Source of the DNA: Tubulanus polymorphus
Taxonomy: Eukaryota; Animalia; Nemertea
DNA: 64,000 nucleotides
Assembly: GCF_964204645.1 (NCBI RefSeq)
Contig: NC_134025.1
Location: 20,807,101 to 20,871,100, forward strand
Direction of reading: 5' to 3'
Shown here: one piece after another, positions 12,050-49,100 of the stretch
Position numbering within the stretch: the first letter of the stretch is position 1
Layout of the letters: the number at the start of each line of letters is the position of its first letter
Position numbers and translations under genes: made by a program
Notes under the pieces: model-generated
What the model saw: only the letters and a program-made list of their open reading frames with translations
The model's database searches: none
Told to the model about the DNA's origin: nothing

Positions 12050-15000
12050 GGTACTAGATAGTTTTCAGCTAAATAAGTAAATTAGATTACATACGCAATT
12101 TTGCACTGGTATTTATTGAAATATCGTTTACGAGCTTTTTTTCTGGTCCCTTTAATTGTTCGTTTTATTGAAGTTCCACTCTGATAATACGTGGGATTTA
12201 TGCCATCGTTTTTGACTTCCTATAAATATATGGACATAAAATGGGTATCTTCTGGTAGGGATTATTTGTGACCGGTTCGAATTATCATTTTTATACACCC
12301 TGAAGCGATCACTCTAGTGATAGTATGCACCAATTCACGGTGACCAGTCACACAGGTACATGCACGTATATCGTGATCAGCCTACAGAACCAATAATGAA
12401 AAATCATCACAATGGAAGCTCATTCTCTGAAAAACCAAGGAAATTCAACAAAAAATTCCTTTCAACAAGATAAGTTAGCGTGGAAACAGGTTATCTCCCT
12501 GGAAAAAATCCCCCTAGGTAAAAAATTCCCCCTGGTAAAAATCCCCCCAAATTTAATTTCACAAAAAATTTTAATTAACACAAGAGGTTTGAATATTCTA
12601 ACTTATGACAGATTTTAAAAATTTCAAATTCTCCGTTGTGTTGGTCACAATATTCACATTGGATAAATCTGTGACTTTGAGCAAGCCTAAAAATGACATT
12701 ATCCTAGTTTAGAAGATTTCTATGAACAGATATAGTTAAAAATAACTGAATTTCAGGAGAATTTCACCAGGAAGGATGTTTACTGGAGAGGGGGGGGGGG
12801 GACTTTTACCTTGTTGAATTATTACCAACATTCTGCTAGCTTTGGATAGACTTTGTCAACTCTCTTGACGTACATGTAGTTGTTTTACCGGCGGTAGTTC
12901 AGTTCATCATTATGGCGACGAATCATCCTCATCAGGAAGGACACTTATTACATTGAATTGGAAATGCACGTTGGAACTAAAAATAGAGACGCCTTAAGCA
13001 GCGTGATGACAAGTGACCACTTAAAGCGAGTTTGGCTATAAATATAACATAGTTATTGCATATGGGTGCAAGTGTTTTTTATGCCAGGTTCGAGGATCAT
13101 ATAGTACTTTAGTGTCAACTCGGGTAAAATAATTCTATTTTGGCCTGTAGTAGTGAAACTCCCATATTAAAGATGGGAGCATCATCACGTCATTAAATGA
13201 TATGAATCATCTCTATTTTGATGTCTCTTGTATTTCCAATTCAATTTGCTAAGCGTAAATTGTCAACATAATGACATAGTGGTCCAAACTACGACAACTA
13301 AAGCAACGTTTTACTGTTTTATGATATCTATTCCCCAGATAGATGACTGGACTTAGCATTAGTTGCCAATGACAAAATGTGAAACTGGGTCCAACTGGGC
13401 TCATTCTAACGAGCTTCCACTGTCTGTCGACCGGATCAAAGATAACGGTACATATACATATACACTCTACTCGGATAACACAAAAAAGAGGTATACTAAA
13501 ACATCGAATAATACTCAGATATAACGATTGAGACAACAGGTACAGCAGGATATAGTTGGATCACAAATTTAGGGCCCGAACCCAGTTAAATCCAGATTCT
13601 AATCTCATCCCAACAAAATTCATAACTGGATAATGATACGCATTTCATTGGTCTAAATGATCAGGATAAGCGGGCCTTCTGTACCATGATTTCGAAATCA
13701 AACACACCAATCTATTCAATGCCGATATCATATTTACAGTTCACAGTTGTACTTTGAAAGTTACTCTAATCCGGTTTTCACAGCGTAGTTTAGACGAGAT
13801 TTCATCCGTCCCGTTGATCTGGATAAAGCGAATTCTACTGTTTCTCAGGTCGTCGACCAAAATTTTTCATTTCATCGACACAAAATCAGAGCTCGAGTAA
13901 GAATATTATCACCAGTTAGCGTACATGCATCATTAAAGCTAAACCGCAACGTTATCTAATAAATACGCTCGTACCAACTCAATGAGCAAACCTCATGTCA
14001 TAATCAGTAGTTGATTCGGGCACAGGTGATTCCGCTATATAAATAAAGGCAAGCCCTATGGTGGAAGCTACGATAATACGCGTCAAAACATGCAACGAAT
14101 TATAAAAATACACATGTACTAAATATGTCCAAGCTCTTTGCATATTATAAACAATGGGAGATGATCAACATTTCATCGCGCCGCTTTCATACTGTCTTAA
14201 ATTCTATATTAAGTTCCACAGGACGACCCCTTTTAATACCAAAACATCATGTTTCACTCAATACCCGTGACCATTATTGAGGCTAAACTAAGCCTTTTTC
14301 TTTCAAACTTGTAAAAATTTCCGAAAATCTCAGCAATTCTCCCGCCACTACTTTTTTTTTACAGTTTGCGTAGTCTTTGAGACAACTTCGTGTGTGTACA
14401 AAAATAATTTGACAGTTTTCATAAAATATATCATCATCAACATCATCAAGGTCATCGTCCTCACGATATAGCAAGTAACACAACTCATTACGGTATAGTA
14501 CATATCAGTTTCTAAGCGGAAAATTCTAGTTCAAAATATTCTTGCAGTTAAAAAAGGAAAAACATTACAAGCAAGCAGGATAGCAACCATTCATTCGAAG
14601 ATCATTTGTGAGCTACCGTATGTCAAGAAAATCTTCTTAATATCATATTAGGTGGCTATTCATAAAGTATGTGCACAAAATTTTGGTGATTTGCAATTAT
14701 AAGCATTATGTGCATGGGGAGAAGTGGCCAATTATACCCCCCCCCCCCCCGAAACCCATAAATACACATGTACTTTATGAATAACCCCTTACAGTACCAC
14801 CTTTCATCTGCATTATCATTGGAAATATTTTCATGATCCTTGGATATCCGTCCAGTCGGACTAAGTTTTGCATGGTACAAGAAAATCCGAAAACAACGAG
14901 CAATCATCTCAATTTGATTGCTCGTAGTTATACCGTACACAACAAAGCGCAAGGGCAAATTCCATGCGCTAAATATAATAACTAGGTTTCTAAAACAATA

Positions 15001-15144
15001 TCGGTTAGAACCACTGACCCATGCCAACCAAAAATATACGTAGATACATTCTTTTTGATAGTTATTGAGTATGTATAGAATGATTCACTGTAAAACTTTC
15101 TACAAATTAGTAACTGTATCCTTCATGATGCGTTTTCGTATTAA

Positions 15145-15254
15145 CCCTTCGAGTGCCAAATTATCTACAATGGGCTTAAGTGTGCGGTTGTGACGATGCA
15201 TTTTTGGGGACGCTCGGCACCTCACGAAATTTAAGAATGGTGGACCTCGAGGGG
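15145..15254. mobile_element. piggyBac-type MITE
   Basis: TTAA-CCCTTCGAG...CTCGAGGGG-TTAA. Confidence 0.7.
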
Positions 15255-15451
15255 TTAAATGCATTCCCGATCAAAAATAGAACGACTTTCGCAATCTACA
15301 TACGTTGTTTCCAACAAGCGTAGAAAATAATTGGCGGTGGCACTTTTTGTGGTTGTTTAAGTGTCGTCGGCGAATACTTGTCGACTTGAGGCCAGTACAA
15401 CCCGGTGCGTCGGGTTTAATCGAGAGTTCAACTGACCCCAATCATCTCATG

Positions 15452-38273
<22,822 letters not shown>

Positions 38274-38998
38274 GGATGATACATTCGACTCGTCTTTAAG
38301 CGACAATTCTTATTAATTATAGGTTTCTTTTCGACACTCCTCGCTCGAACATTAATTTACTTTTTACTAATAGCGGGTGTTCGTAATAGTATAGGCGAGT
38401 AATTATCCTATAATGATTATTCTATCGTTGTTGACAACTGACGTAAAATTGATGCGTCGTTTAATCTACAAATTCAGCGACGGTGACACTGACTGACAGC
38501 GTTGAATTGGAACGGCCGGATAACAAAATGGAAGACAGCAAGGACGAAATATCACCGCACTGCGCGAAAGAATTCTAAGAAAATTCACATATTCTTAATC
38601 TTCCTCGTCAATTTCAGCAGAAGAAAGAATCAAAAATCGAATTTCGTTGACTGACGTTCGTTGATTTTTGAAGAAGTTGTCGGCTCTCTCAATTGACACG
38701 CATCGACTCCTGTTGTTATGAGAATATATTCTATAGTCCGTTCCCTGTCTGGTAGACGACGTCTATCGTGTCCCCATCTTAACCTGCAACTGTTTTATCG
38801 GGGGGCCTTCTGACGAAAAAATTACGAATTTAACATTTTAACTAAAAAATTCTCGGCAAATTTCGATTAATCTCTACTTCCTGGTCATTAGTGCGCACGC
38901 GCGTGCTGTCAATTCGTTGTATAATAGGTGGCAGCAGCTGACGGTTTGATAGCTAAAAGTGGGTTCACTGTAACGGCTGTAAAACCGGACCGACTGAC

Positions 38999-39713
38999 AG
39001 GCCCGACCCATGCACAAGTGTCACTGAAGTTTAAACTTCTAAGGTAAGTCGGACATGTGAATGTCGAAAAATGCGAAAGTCGGTCAGAATTATGATGTGC
39101 GGTTTTTTCTATTAATTGTACTAATTACCGGTAATTTCTGTGAGTCGAATTTTTTAAACCGAAGCCCTAGCGCCCGGTCAGTGTGTAGCCTGAGTGCCCC
39201 GGTCTAATTCCCAAATTAAAGGAAAGCCATGTTTCTGAGTTGGCTTTTGATTTTGTCCATTTGTATTATCCACGAAATGAAATGCCTTCTGTCAGTACCG
39301 GGATTGTCCGGCAATGGCTGGCATTGAAAAACAGATCCGCGCGGTTTTAAAGCAGAAAAACATTGACCTCTTTGAATCTCTTTGGGCCGAACATCTGCGA
39401 GAAGAGATACACATTGTAATGTGTATATTTTTCAATGAAAACTTAAATTTGCTAGCATTTTCGCATGCATCAATTTTGACCATCGTCTCCCGTTTGCAGA
39501 CGAACTTCCGTCATCACGGGATCTTTCTGTCTCTTGCAGCACTTATAGTTTATTGTTTTATAAAGGTATTGTAGATCTAAAATGGAAGGATAAATCTCTA
39601 TGTCGGACTTTTGGCGGGAAATAGTAAAAATTCGACTTTCTATAGCTCGAAATTTTTAAGTCGGCAAAATTGTGTCGGTCCCAAAATGTTCGACTTGTGC
39701 ATGATCTAGGCCT
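38999..39713. mobile_element. Non-autonomous TIR element between the ZDHHC promoter and the NRF-6-like 3' end
   Basis: AGGCCCGACCCATGCACAAGT...ACTTGTGCATGATCTAGGCCT imperfect TIRs with GTCGG/CCGAC subterminal motifs. Confidence 0.65.
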
Positions 39714-40163
39714 ACCGTAGTAAACGTTCTCGGAAAAGAGTTTCCGTCATTCTCTTCGGTTTACGTGCTTACTTTTTGCTGTGTTTGTGTGGAATCAATC
39801 ATCACAGCAATCATCATCAATCGTTACTGTGTACATGAATATATTATTGCTGATATTGGCGAGAAAATTTCTAAGTGATTAAAATTAGATTTCTTTGAAA
39901 GATTATTTACAGGAGTCCCAATCGACGAATGATTAATGTAAAAAACGATAGAAATTGAAATGTAACAAAATTTCAACTTGACCAAATAAAATAATTTATT
40001 TTCGACAAAATTTGACAGAAAATGATAGTGATCGATAGGCCTAGGTCTCACAAAGATGATTGTTTTTATTTTCTGGAAAATAATCAAAACTTAAAACTTT
40101 ATAGATTTACATTTTGTGATTTGAACATTTGCTTCAACCTTCGATCAATCATTTCCGAGCGGA

Positions 40164-43100
40164 TTATTCTGATATAATAATGGTGCCTTTTTCCTTATGT
40201 TCGGCTTGTATATCTGGAGTGTTTCGTTGACAAGTACAACGAGTTCCTAAAAGACGCCTAAGACCAGACTCGAGACCTTGTGACGGTGATTCGAACGTCA
40301 AAGAGAACAGCACTGATAACAGATACGCGATCAACAAGTGACCCATAAACGCAATCGCCTGGAGGAAAAACATTAAAAAAAACAAACGAAATTGAATCAG
40401 GTAAGTTACCCCAACAAAGCGTCAACAGGGCTCCAGTTTCATATAGAAAGATCCCGGGAATTACGAATTCGTCAGTTTAGGCCACTAAGACTAAAACGTT
40501 CTGTAGCTGCGTACGAAATCGCATCAAGACATCTGAACCCATTGATACGCCACGTTTCACATCCCTTATCGTTTTAGTGTCCATGGTTAACGGTTAGGCT
40601 ACCATGATTTATATTTGATAATGGTGGTTACTACTTATCCGAGGGAAGGATCGAGGGCATATTCCGAAGGGTAAATTTGCTGGTTTGATAACCATATAAA
40701 ACTGGGCCCAGGGGTGAATTCAATTGCCTCCCTAGTCTATCCATACATTGATTTTACTGATTTTTAACTATACTTACGATATATGTATGCGAGGCATAAA
40801 CAGGTGCGCGTTGGGAATTGTAGTTTATCAAAATGATAATAGGGTGCAGTAGATAAGCACTATACGTCAGTTTACTGAAAACATGGAACCCGCGCCAACT
40901 CAAAAACGACTGGATCATACCTTCAAAAAATGTAACTATATGTTATTATCGATGGGAGTCAATCAGGGCCAGGGGATGCAGTTACTCAAAATTTGTCTTA
41001 GTTAACGGATATTTGAGATAGTGACAATTAAAACGGTAGGCCTATAATGCCTAATATTCATACTTGAATATGGCAATGAATTGTAAAATGTATACTGACC
41101 CCCGTAACCAGTTTCACAGGCGATCGTTAGCCAACTCAAACCCAGACACCAGGTGGCGCCACCAAACGTATAGTACGCATTGCCCAGACTGAGCGGCATC
41201 GGATTCAAACGATAGAGCGGTTGAAATTGACTGAATAGTCCGAATACGGGTAGATATAAAAACGGTACCGTCAAAATCCATAAAACACATACTATAGCCT
41301 ATAAAAAAACATTTCTGATACTTCAGACAAATGTGAAACACAGACAATATTAAAATACCTCAGGTCGACTACCGGATTCGATCAACGCCGAGTCTAAAAG
41401 TCATGTGATAAAAAAACCTCGTCGCTGATTGGCTACCGCGATTTGATCGGGTCGTAGAAAATAGAAGCCGTTCCATCCTTGCGATTCGGCTTACGATCGG
41501 TCTGCGATCAATCCATCGCGTTCGTTATTAAACTCATGTCGAAACGGTTCCCGATCCGAACAAATCGCAGACTCGCCTCCCAGTGATCTGTTGAGATGGA
41601 TCGGGTCGTAGGTCGACCTGAGCTTTCAATATATTTAGATTTCTTATAATTCTATATATGTATCAATCATCTTTATTAACATCAATGGTTTTCACTACTA
41701 CCGGGGTATGTTATATATACCTTGTGTATTTTTATACCCGCGTCGTTTTTAGCCCGATATAGATAGTAGCCCGTAGCCAGACCTATAGCGTACGCGGCCA
41801 CGTGGTGATAAGGGGCTATATATACCGCATAAAGGAAACTGAAAAGAGAAATTATACGTGAAAATTCATCATTGAGCAAGAAAAAAATTATCATGGCCGC
41901 CTATCTATTCCCTGAACATTACTACCCTGCATTACAATTAAAATCATTTTCCATAACACATCCGGCAGCTAAACAAATGAACTGATTTCGAATCTTATTG
42001 CATTTTACAAATGGATCCGGTCGATTCGGAGAACCAAGATATCATATTGTTTAGCTATACCTTTGCCCAACGTTACACAACCCCAAGATCACAGGGGCTC
42101 GTATCAGAGTTGTAGGTAAAAACGATAATCTGTTAATCCAATGTCTATAGTATGTTATTTTATATATACTATAGACATTGGATTAACAGATTATCGTGTT
42201 TACATTACCTACAACTTTGATACGAGCCCCTCGTCCAAGATAAAGTGATAGGAACGACTAATTTTGGTAAAATGGAATGCAGCACTATTTGTGCGCCTGT
42301 AAACCAGGGTAAACCGGAGGCTGACTCAGGGTCCTGAATCCGAACGATTATGAGTTTAAGTCGACTGTGAGTAAAAATCGTTTAACTGTGCAACTGGGAC
42401 AGGGAATTATTTTGCCCAGCCCCCCGTAAAACAAGGAAGTTGGGTTGCCCCCGTGTAGGAGTTGGCGTTCTCCCGTATCACGCCCCTCCTGTATGTACAC
42501 TTACTTCGGTCCAGGGTTTTGTGGAGTCATCATACCGATATTAGTAATGAGTCCAACAGACATAAACTCGATCAAACATAGTATAATAACGACGATAAGT
42601 CCCGCCCACCAACACCTGTCAATTCAAAATAAACAACATTCATTTAAATCTACACGAGATAAAATTGCGTACAAATATATCTTTCACCAAGAACCTTAGT
42701 GTCTGATGTACCACACGGTGGGTACACTAGGATACTGTGGAGACAGCCACACTACATGACTGGCTGGGTGAAAATATATCTAAGACGCAATCGCAATAGC
42801 ATTTCGAATGAAATCAATTTTATCCCCATGATTCTAGACTTGCAAATATTTGCAATCGAAATGGAATTGTTTGATTGAAAAGCTATTAGAATTTGAGGGA
42901 ACTTTACTTGTAAAATGCTAATATTGGTAACGGAGAAATGATGTAGTATTGCATGTCATTCGCCATGAACCAAGTCCAACCGACACACTGAAAAACATTT
43001 TTAATTCTGATTTGATTATTAACCGAAAAATATTGCCATAATCAGAAACCAGTTCAACAGTTTTCAGTCGAGAATTGACTCTCTAAATTGTACACATTAG

Positions 43101-46100
43101 AAATGATCAATCAATGTTTGAGTCAAATAAATGTGACTGCGATCTCTGTGGAACTGGCCGATGCAGGGGAATTTACAACTTACATCATTGATTCCAGGTT
43201 CAACTACGTTATTAATGTATAATATATGTGACCACCATGTTTGTTTACATCCGGGTGACAGTCCATCAGCGCTCGGATACAAGGGCCCATCGCCGAAATG
43301 TTGACTGAGAAAAGTTGTGCCGACCAACAGCGCCATATAAGCTGGAGTCAATCTATAGAAAAGAAACCACTTAAAGCAAAAGCAAACTTTCGTTAAGTAT
43401 TACCACCTTATCAGTATTTGGCCATATCAACGACTGTAAGACACTTCTAGAGAATGCAAGTGCAGTTTGAGCAGCCACCTTCGACTAGTTCGCCATCTAG
43501 CGGGCAATTAGGCCAGTAGTTCAGCAATCCGCGAGATGACCACGCCTAATTCTACCAAATTTCGTTATCACGCTCTCTGTGACGACACCGGGAATGGCTT
43601 CAAATAGTTTGATTCAAAAAATGACCACCTCACGATTATCGTAGGTGGAATAGGAATGGAATGGGAATTCTAACTAGGCTGCAGTTAAGACATAACGAAA
43701 ATCAACGAGTGCCAGAGCAGTATTCAAAGCTTAGATACCCCCAAGATAGCTAGCGGTTTATTTAGGCCTATACAATAGACGGCAATAGCGAGGATCCTCA
43801 GTTGTCAAGTACAACGACCCGGTTCCCCAGGCCCTTGTTAAATTCAATGCTGAAGTTGAAATTAGTCCATATATGTTAGTCACGTCTCGAAGATATACAT
43901 CGTATTAAAGGTGTGGGATAATTTACCTCCAAATTCTATGAATGTAAAACATGACCCAATTAACGTTCCTGGGACCGTTTAGTTTATGCAGTTGTTTCAT
44001 TGATAAATACATCAATAGTGAACCACTGAAAATATAGTGAAAAGATATAAAAGCAATATACAACAAACTGTGCGAAAAGTGCCGAGCGAGAATAACGCTA
44101 ATCCCTAGCTCTTCGGCAAAACCTAAGCCTAGCAGGACTCGAACCTCAATCCTCCAGCGTGCCATGCACATTAATCACTAAACCGTAGTCTAGGGGTCAT
44201 TGCTGACATTAATAGGTTTGCTAGGTGTGGTGACCATTTAGCTGTGGCGACCAGAGGCGCGTCGACTCTGAACTCTATTCGCATAAAGCATTCTAATAAA
44301 AAGCTATATCTTAATAGATTTTATGGTATTATTAAAGATGTATTTACCTCAAGTAAAAAAATGATTCGACGGGTAGGTGAAACGTCAATATAGTTTGAAA
44401 TATCCAGTTCGATTTGTTATCATCGTACCACGTGAAATTACCTTTAAAATATTTTTACAACTTATCGATTAAATACGATAAAAAAAGTTTCCAGTTTCTA
44501 GGCGCCTTTTTGTGCGGTCCCTCGAGGTCCACATTGTTGCGATAATTTTGCGCTCATTTTTAAACATATTAAGTTTATATTGCATGTCATATAGCTCTAC
44601 TATACAGTCACTTGCTTGATAAACTTAATCTGTACTCCATTTTAAAGGAAATGAAATGCAGGTATTTTCCGTTGATTCTTGGGTTTTTTTTCATTGATAT
44701 ACGGTTACCATTTTGATTTTTATGTGATTTTCTGACTCACTGATTGGTGCTTTTTCGAGGAACCAGCTGACGGTATGTCCTAGTATAATCCAGCACATAC
44801 TGAAGAATCTAATACCGTTTAACGTATTCAAACTCCCCGTTGGAGTTTCAAATGACAACAGTTTCTTTATATTTGAATAGGCGGAAAATGTTATCATAAA
44901 TTCAAGAGCTGTAAAACAGAAACAAAAATACGGTGTCGTAACAGTCTGTTCCCGAGTCGCGTGCAAGTTGAATGAAAGTTCTGAAATTCGCAAAGTTTAT
45001 TGAGATCATAATGTTATAACGAAAATCCGACAATAATGACGAAAAAATAAAGTCCGAAAATGTTTCCGGACGTTATTTTTTTCGTTATGATTGTGGGATT
45101 CTCTTTATATTATTGTCACAACACGGATATAGTGTTTTAACAATCGTGATCATTAACCACAACAACAACGTTTCGCTTGGTTGCCTACATCAGGTGATGG
45201 TTGCAGTTTGAACATTTACGTTTTATTTGTGGGATGTCACGTATGTTGTAGTGTAATAGATTCAGATTTGATCTTATTGCTCCAGAACTAACGACCAACT
45301 TAGTTCTATAGCTAATCTAACAACTTTAGACCAGTCTTAAGATTTGAGAACACTTTTGGACTTAAGTCACGTCTGCGCAACTGGCCCTGGATACAAGCTC
45401 CAGATCTTAATAGAGTTCGTATTGTGTACATAACGCTGGCTATGAGGCTATCCGCCTTGTTTTACAAAGATTTCTGGCTACCTTAAGATATTTGGATCTT
45501 GTGATGTAAAACGATTCATGAATTTTCTTGAATTTGGGCAAGTTACTACTTGCTGCGGCATTTACCATCTTTCGAAAAAAATTCAACTTTCGAAAAAAAT
45601 TACACTCCGTTATGAAGGTATTCACAACCGGATAATGAATTAGTTTCAGTGATGATTAAATATTAGAGGGGATTCGTTAACCAATAGATAATAACAATTA
45701 ACTGCATGGGCGGTTCCAGGGGCGGATCCTGATGGCAGCACAAAGAAGTGAAAAGGGTATCGAAAAGGTCGAGTTAAGTGTCCACGCAGCCAAAACAAGG
45801 GCCTAAAAAATTTTGAAATTTCAACGCATTTACATACAATTTCTAGCCACAAGGGACAATATAATTTAGCTAAAATCTTGAGCTACAGACTGCCGTATTA
45901 TTAGTTGCGGGTGGAAAATGTGCCCTGAAAAATATTGCCATCTTATTTTCAAAAGGGCACGGGAAAATTGCGACAGGAGCACGTGCCTCCTTATGCTCTC
46001 GTCTGGATCCGCCCTGAACTTGAACTAGTGACTGGACCCAGGAAAAAAAAATTCTCCAGACTAAACAAGTAAAAACCCAACGTTTGGTTTCTCTGATGAT

Positions 46101-49100
46101 GGTTTTAAGATAAATCCCGTAACTGTAAGGAAATACACTTTTCAATATCAACTGTGGGTTTCCATTTGTTAGCCCTAAATTTGAGATAAATATCAGTTCA
46201 CCAGTCATTCTCAAGACTCTAGTAGAGTTATTTACCCGTCATATATTTGTTTTTGATCTCTGGGTTTTTCTTTGTTTCTCCGTCCACGAGCCGATCTGAT
46301 TGCATGCTCTTTTTATCTCTATATTTCGACGCAACGTCAACTGCTGTAGCTATTGCGATCAGAAGCAAATAGAAACTAAAAGCTGCCCTGAAAATTCACG
46401 AAAATGATTTGTATTTCGAATCAGAATTGTGACAATCATTGACGACTGATTCGAATGATCACTTATACTTAGTTATAAAATCTAAATACGACTTCAGTCA
46501 TGTGGAGACTTTATCCATCTTAAATTACCACTCAAATTTAGCATATTGAACTAGAAGTAGGAATTGAGATCAAGAAATGACCTTGTGGCGTACGGCATAT
46601 TGGAGAGGTTTTAATTGTTGGAACAGATGGGAATCATAGAAATAGATACTGATCCAAATACATACCGATTATAGATTTTACTTACAATACATATACAGAT
46701 TCTGTCGATAATTGTGGAATGCTGCGTTTACAAGTAGACGCGGTTGGCAACAGGTTATTAGAAAACCCACTCGATTTTAGAGCTGAAATTATCAATCATG
46801 ATACATATTTTTAGCTGTTTTGATAATCTCAGGAAATGTATGGATTATTATGAACTGCTTAATCATCAAACGGTTTTCAGAATTTCAGAAGTTGAATTGA
46901 TAAATCAGAATCCAGTCGACAGCTGTGACTTGAGATTTGCCTCTAGGGTCGACTAATTCAAGTCAAGCCTATAGGGTGTAGTATATAACCGAAACCTGTT
47001 GAATTGGGCCCTTCTGTGGCTGATATAGTACGTACATACCTGATAGAAGTCATTAGGACCAGAAAGGACTGGCAGCTAAAACATTGATTTTTAACCCAGG
47101 GCCGTCGGAAGAAAATTTCAGTGGGGCGGCTATTGATTTTATTGATGAAGTGATAAAGCACGTGATTGCCGCCGTGCAGCTGCATTTAAGTGAGGGCCGA
47201 AGGCGCGTAGCCCAAGAGGGGGGTGTGGGTGTCCTCCCCGAGAAATTTTTTGATTTTTCAAATCTCTGAGATTGATTCTGGGAGTGAATCTGGCTATGAA
47301 AATCATGATATCCATTACGAGAGGAAATAACATGAACAAAAATATTTTTCAACAAAATTGCCGCCCCTGCCATCCCCGTTCCGACGGCCTTGGCAAAGGG
47401 GTTGAAAAGAAAAAAGTGACTCCAATGATTTGAAAGTTTAACAATTGTTTCCATGTCTACATACCTAACTTCAGTGAATTTAGAGTTAAGAAGACTTTCA
47501 TCATCAGATATGTACTACCAAAAATGATAGAGCTAGGCCACCTGGTATGCTCTCAACCCAAGTAGAAATAGACATTAGAGACTTTAGACGATATTTAAAG
47601 CATAGTGAATAAGTAGATTACCGCTAGTTACGATTTTGAGCGAGTCGCTATTACTACATGTACCGGGCAGACACACCGCATAATTCTTGCCGGTTGATAC
47701 CTCACAGTAAAAAACAATATGAAAAACTAAGTTTGAAAAATGTTATGTATTTTGATTCTGTTACCAGGTAAAAATATGATATACAAAATGAAACATCTGA
47801 ATGATTTTAATCGAAAATGACCTCCAATACTTAGAAAGTATGCGATAAATGTAACTTTCTATTTTTTGGTGAAAAGGATTTTTCATTTGATGCAAAAAGC
47901 ACTCTTTTACTGACAGTTGCAAAATTTATATCAGAAAATCATAGATTGTAGTCTTATTTCTAGCACTGTCATTTTGTGACTTGTAAGTTCATTTTCACTT
48001 TTGGACGAGCTGAAGCTTCTAAGAAAACTTAGAATCTGCGGCTTATCAAGGGGTGAGCCTGTTATCATTATGTAATATTCAAACTAACTGTAATGTCACT
48101 TTGTGACGAATGTGAGTTTTATTGAAATTCTGTGTACACAACTCAAATGTTAATAAAAAAATCGAAAATCGTCAGAGATGAATTTAGAATTTCAAAATGA
48201 AATGTTATAATAGGCCTATTTCATTTCTCATCACTAAATCTAAATCATTAGATATGAACTATACTCAACTATTGTTGTGTTCTGATCCGCCAAACAATAT
48301 CGTGCGCTGGCCGATGATTTTAAACATTTGTCGAAGTCTCCGAACCAGAAATTGCCCCGATGAATGACAGGTTTGCCCCAAGACGCGATCGCTGTATTGA
48401 ACAATAGATACAAACTTTACGACAACCACGTGACGTCTTGAATCATTATCGCCTATCCTTAGGACACGATTGATGACTAAAATACATGATACTGGGTGAT
48501 GTTTGAATATATGACTTTTAAGTGTTGCCTTGAAGCAAGTTGTTACTTGAACTCGGTTTCAAAATTTGTAATATTTTCCTCATCAATAAAAACGCGTCAA
48601 TCAATTGTGTTATTTGTGATATAGTTCTATTCTAAGTTTTATGATACAGTTTTAAATCCGCTTAATCCGGATCCTGACGGACCGACGATTTTTGCCCGGA
48701 TCACCCGAAATCCGGATTTACACGAATGAGAAGTTTTCACTCACAAATCTGGATAAATCTGGATGTCATGGTTTTTTGCATCTTGGTTTCCCAAGACAAA
48801 CCCTATTGGATTGTTCAATAACCTCATGACGGGATGGCCTGTTGCCGTTCATTGTCAGACAAGGTTGTTAACTGGGACATGGAGCTTTGAGTAACAAACA
48901 TACAAAGTCTCCGCCATGAAACGATAAGGTTTTTAGAGGTGACTTCTCAAAATTGCGTAATGAATATCTGACTGGGGACATTAACCGACTAGGGATGCCC
49001 ACAGAAAGAACCAGCAACTTCCAAGGACAAACTACATTGAAAACCATATTCTTTATTAAAAGCTGATTCACAGAAATCCTTCTTTGCATGGATGATGTTG

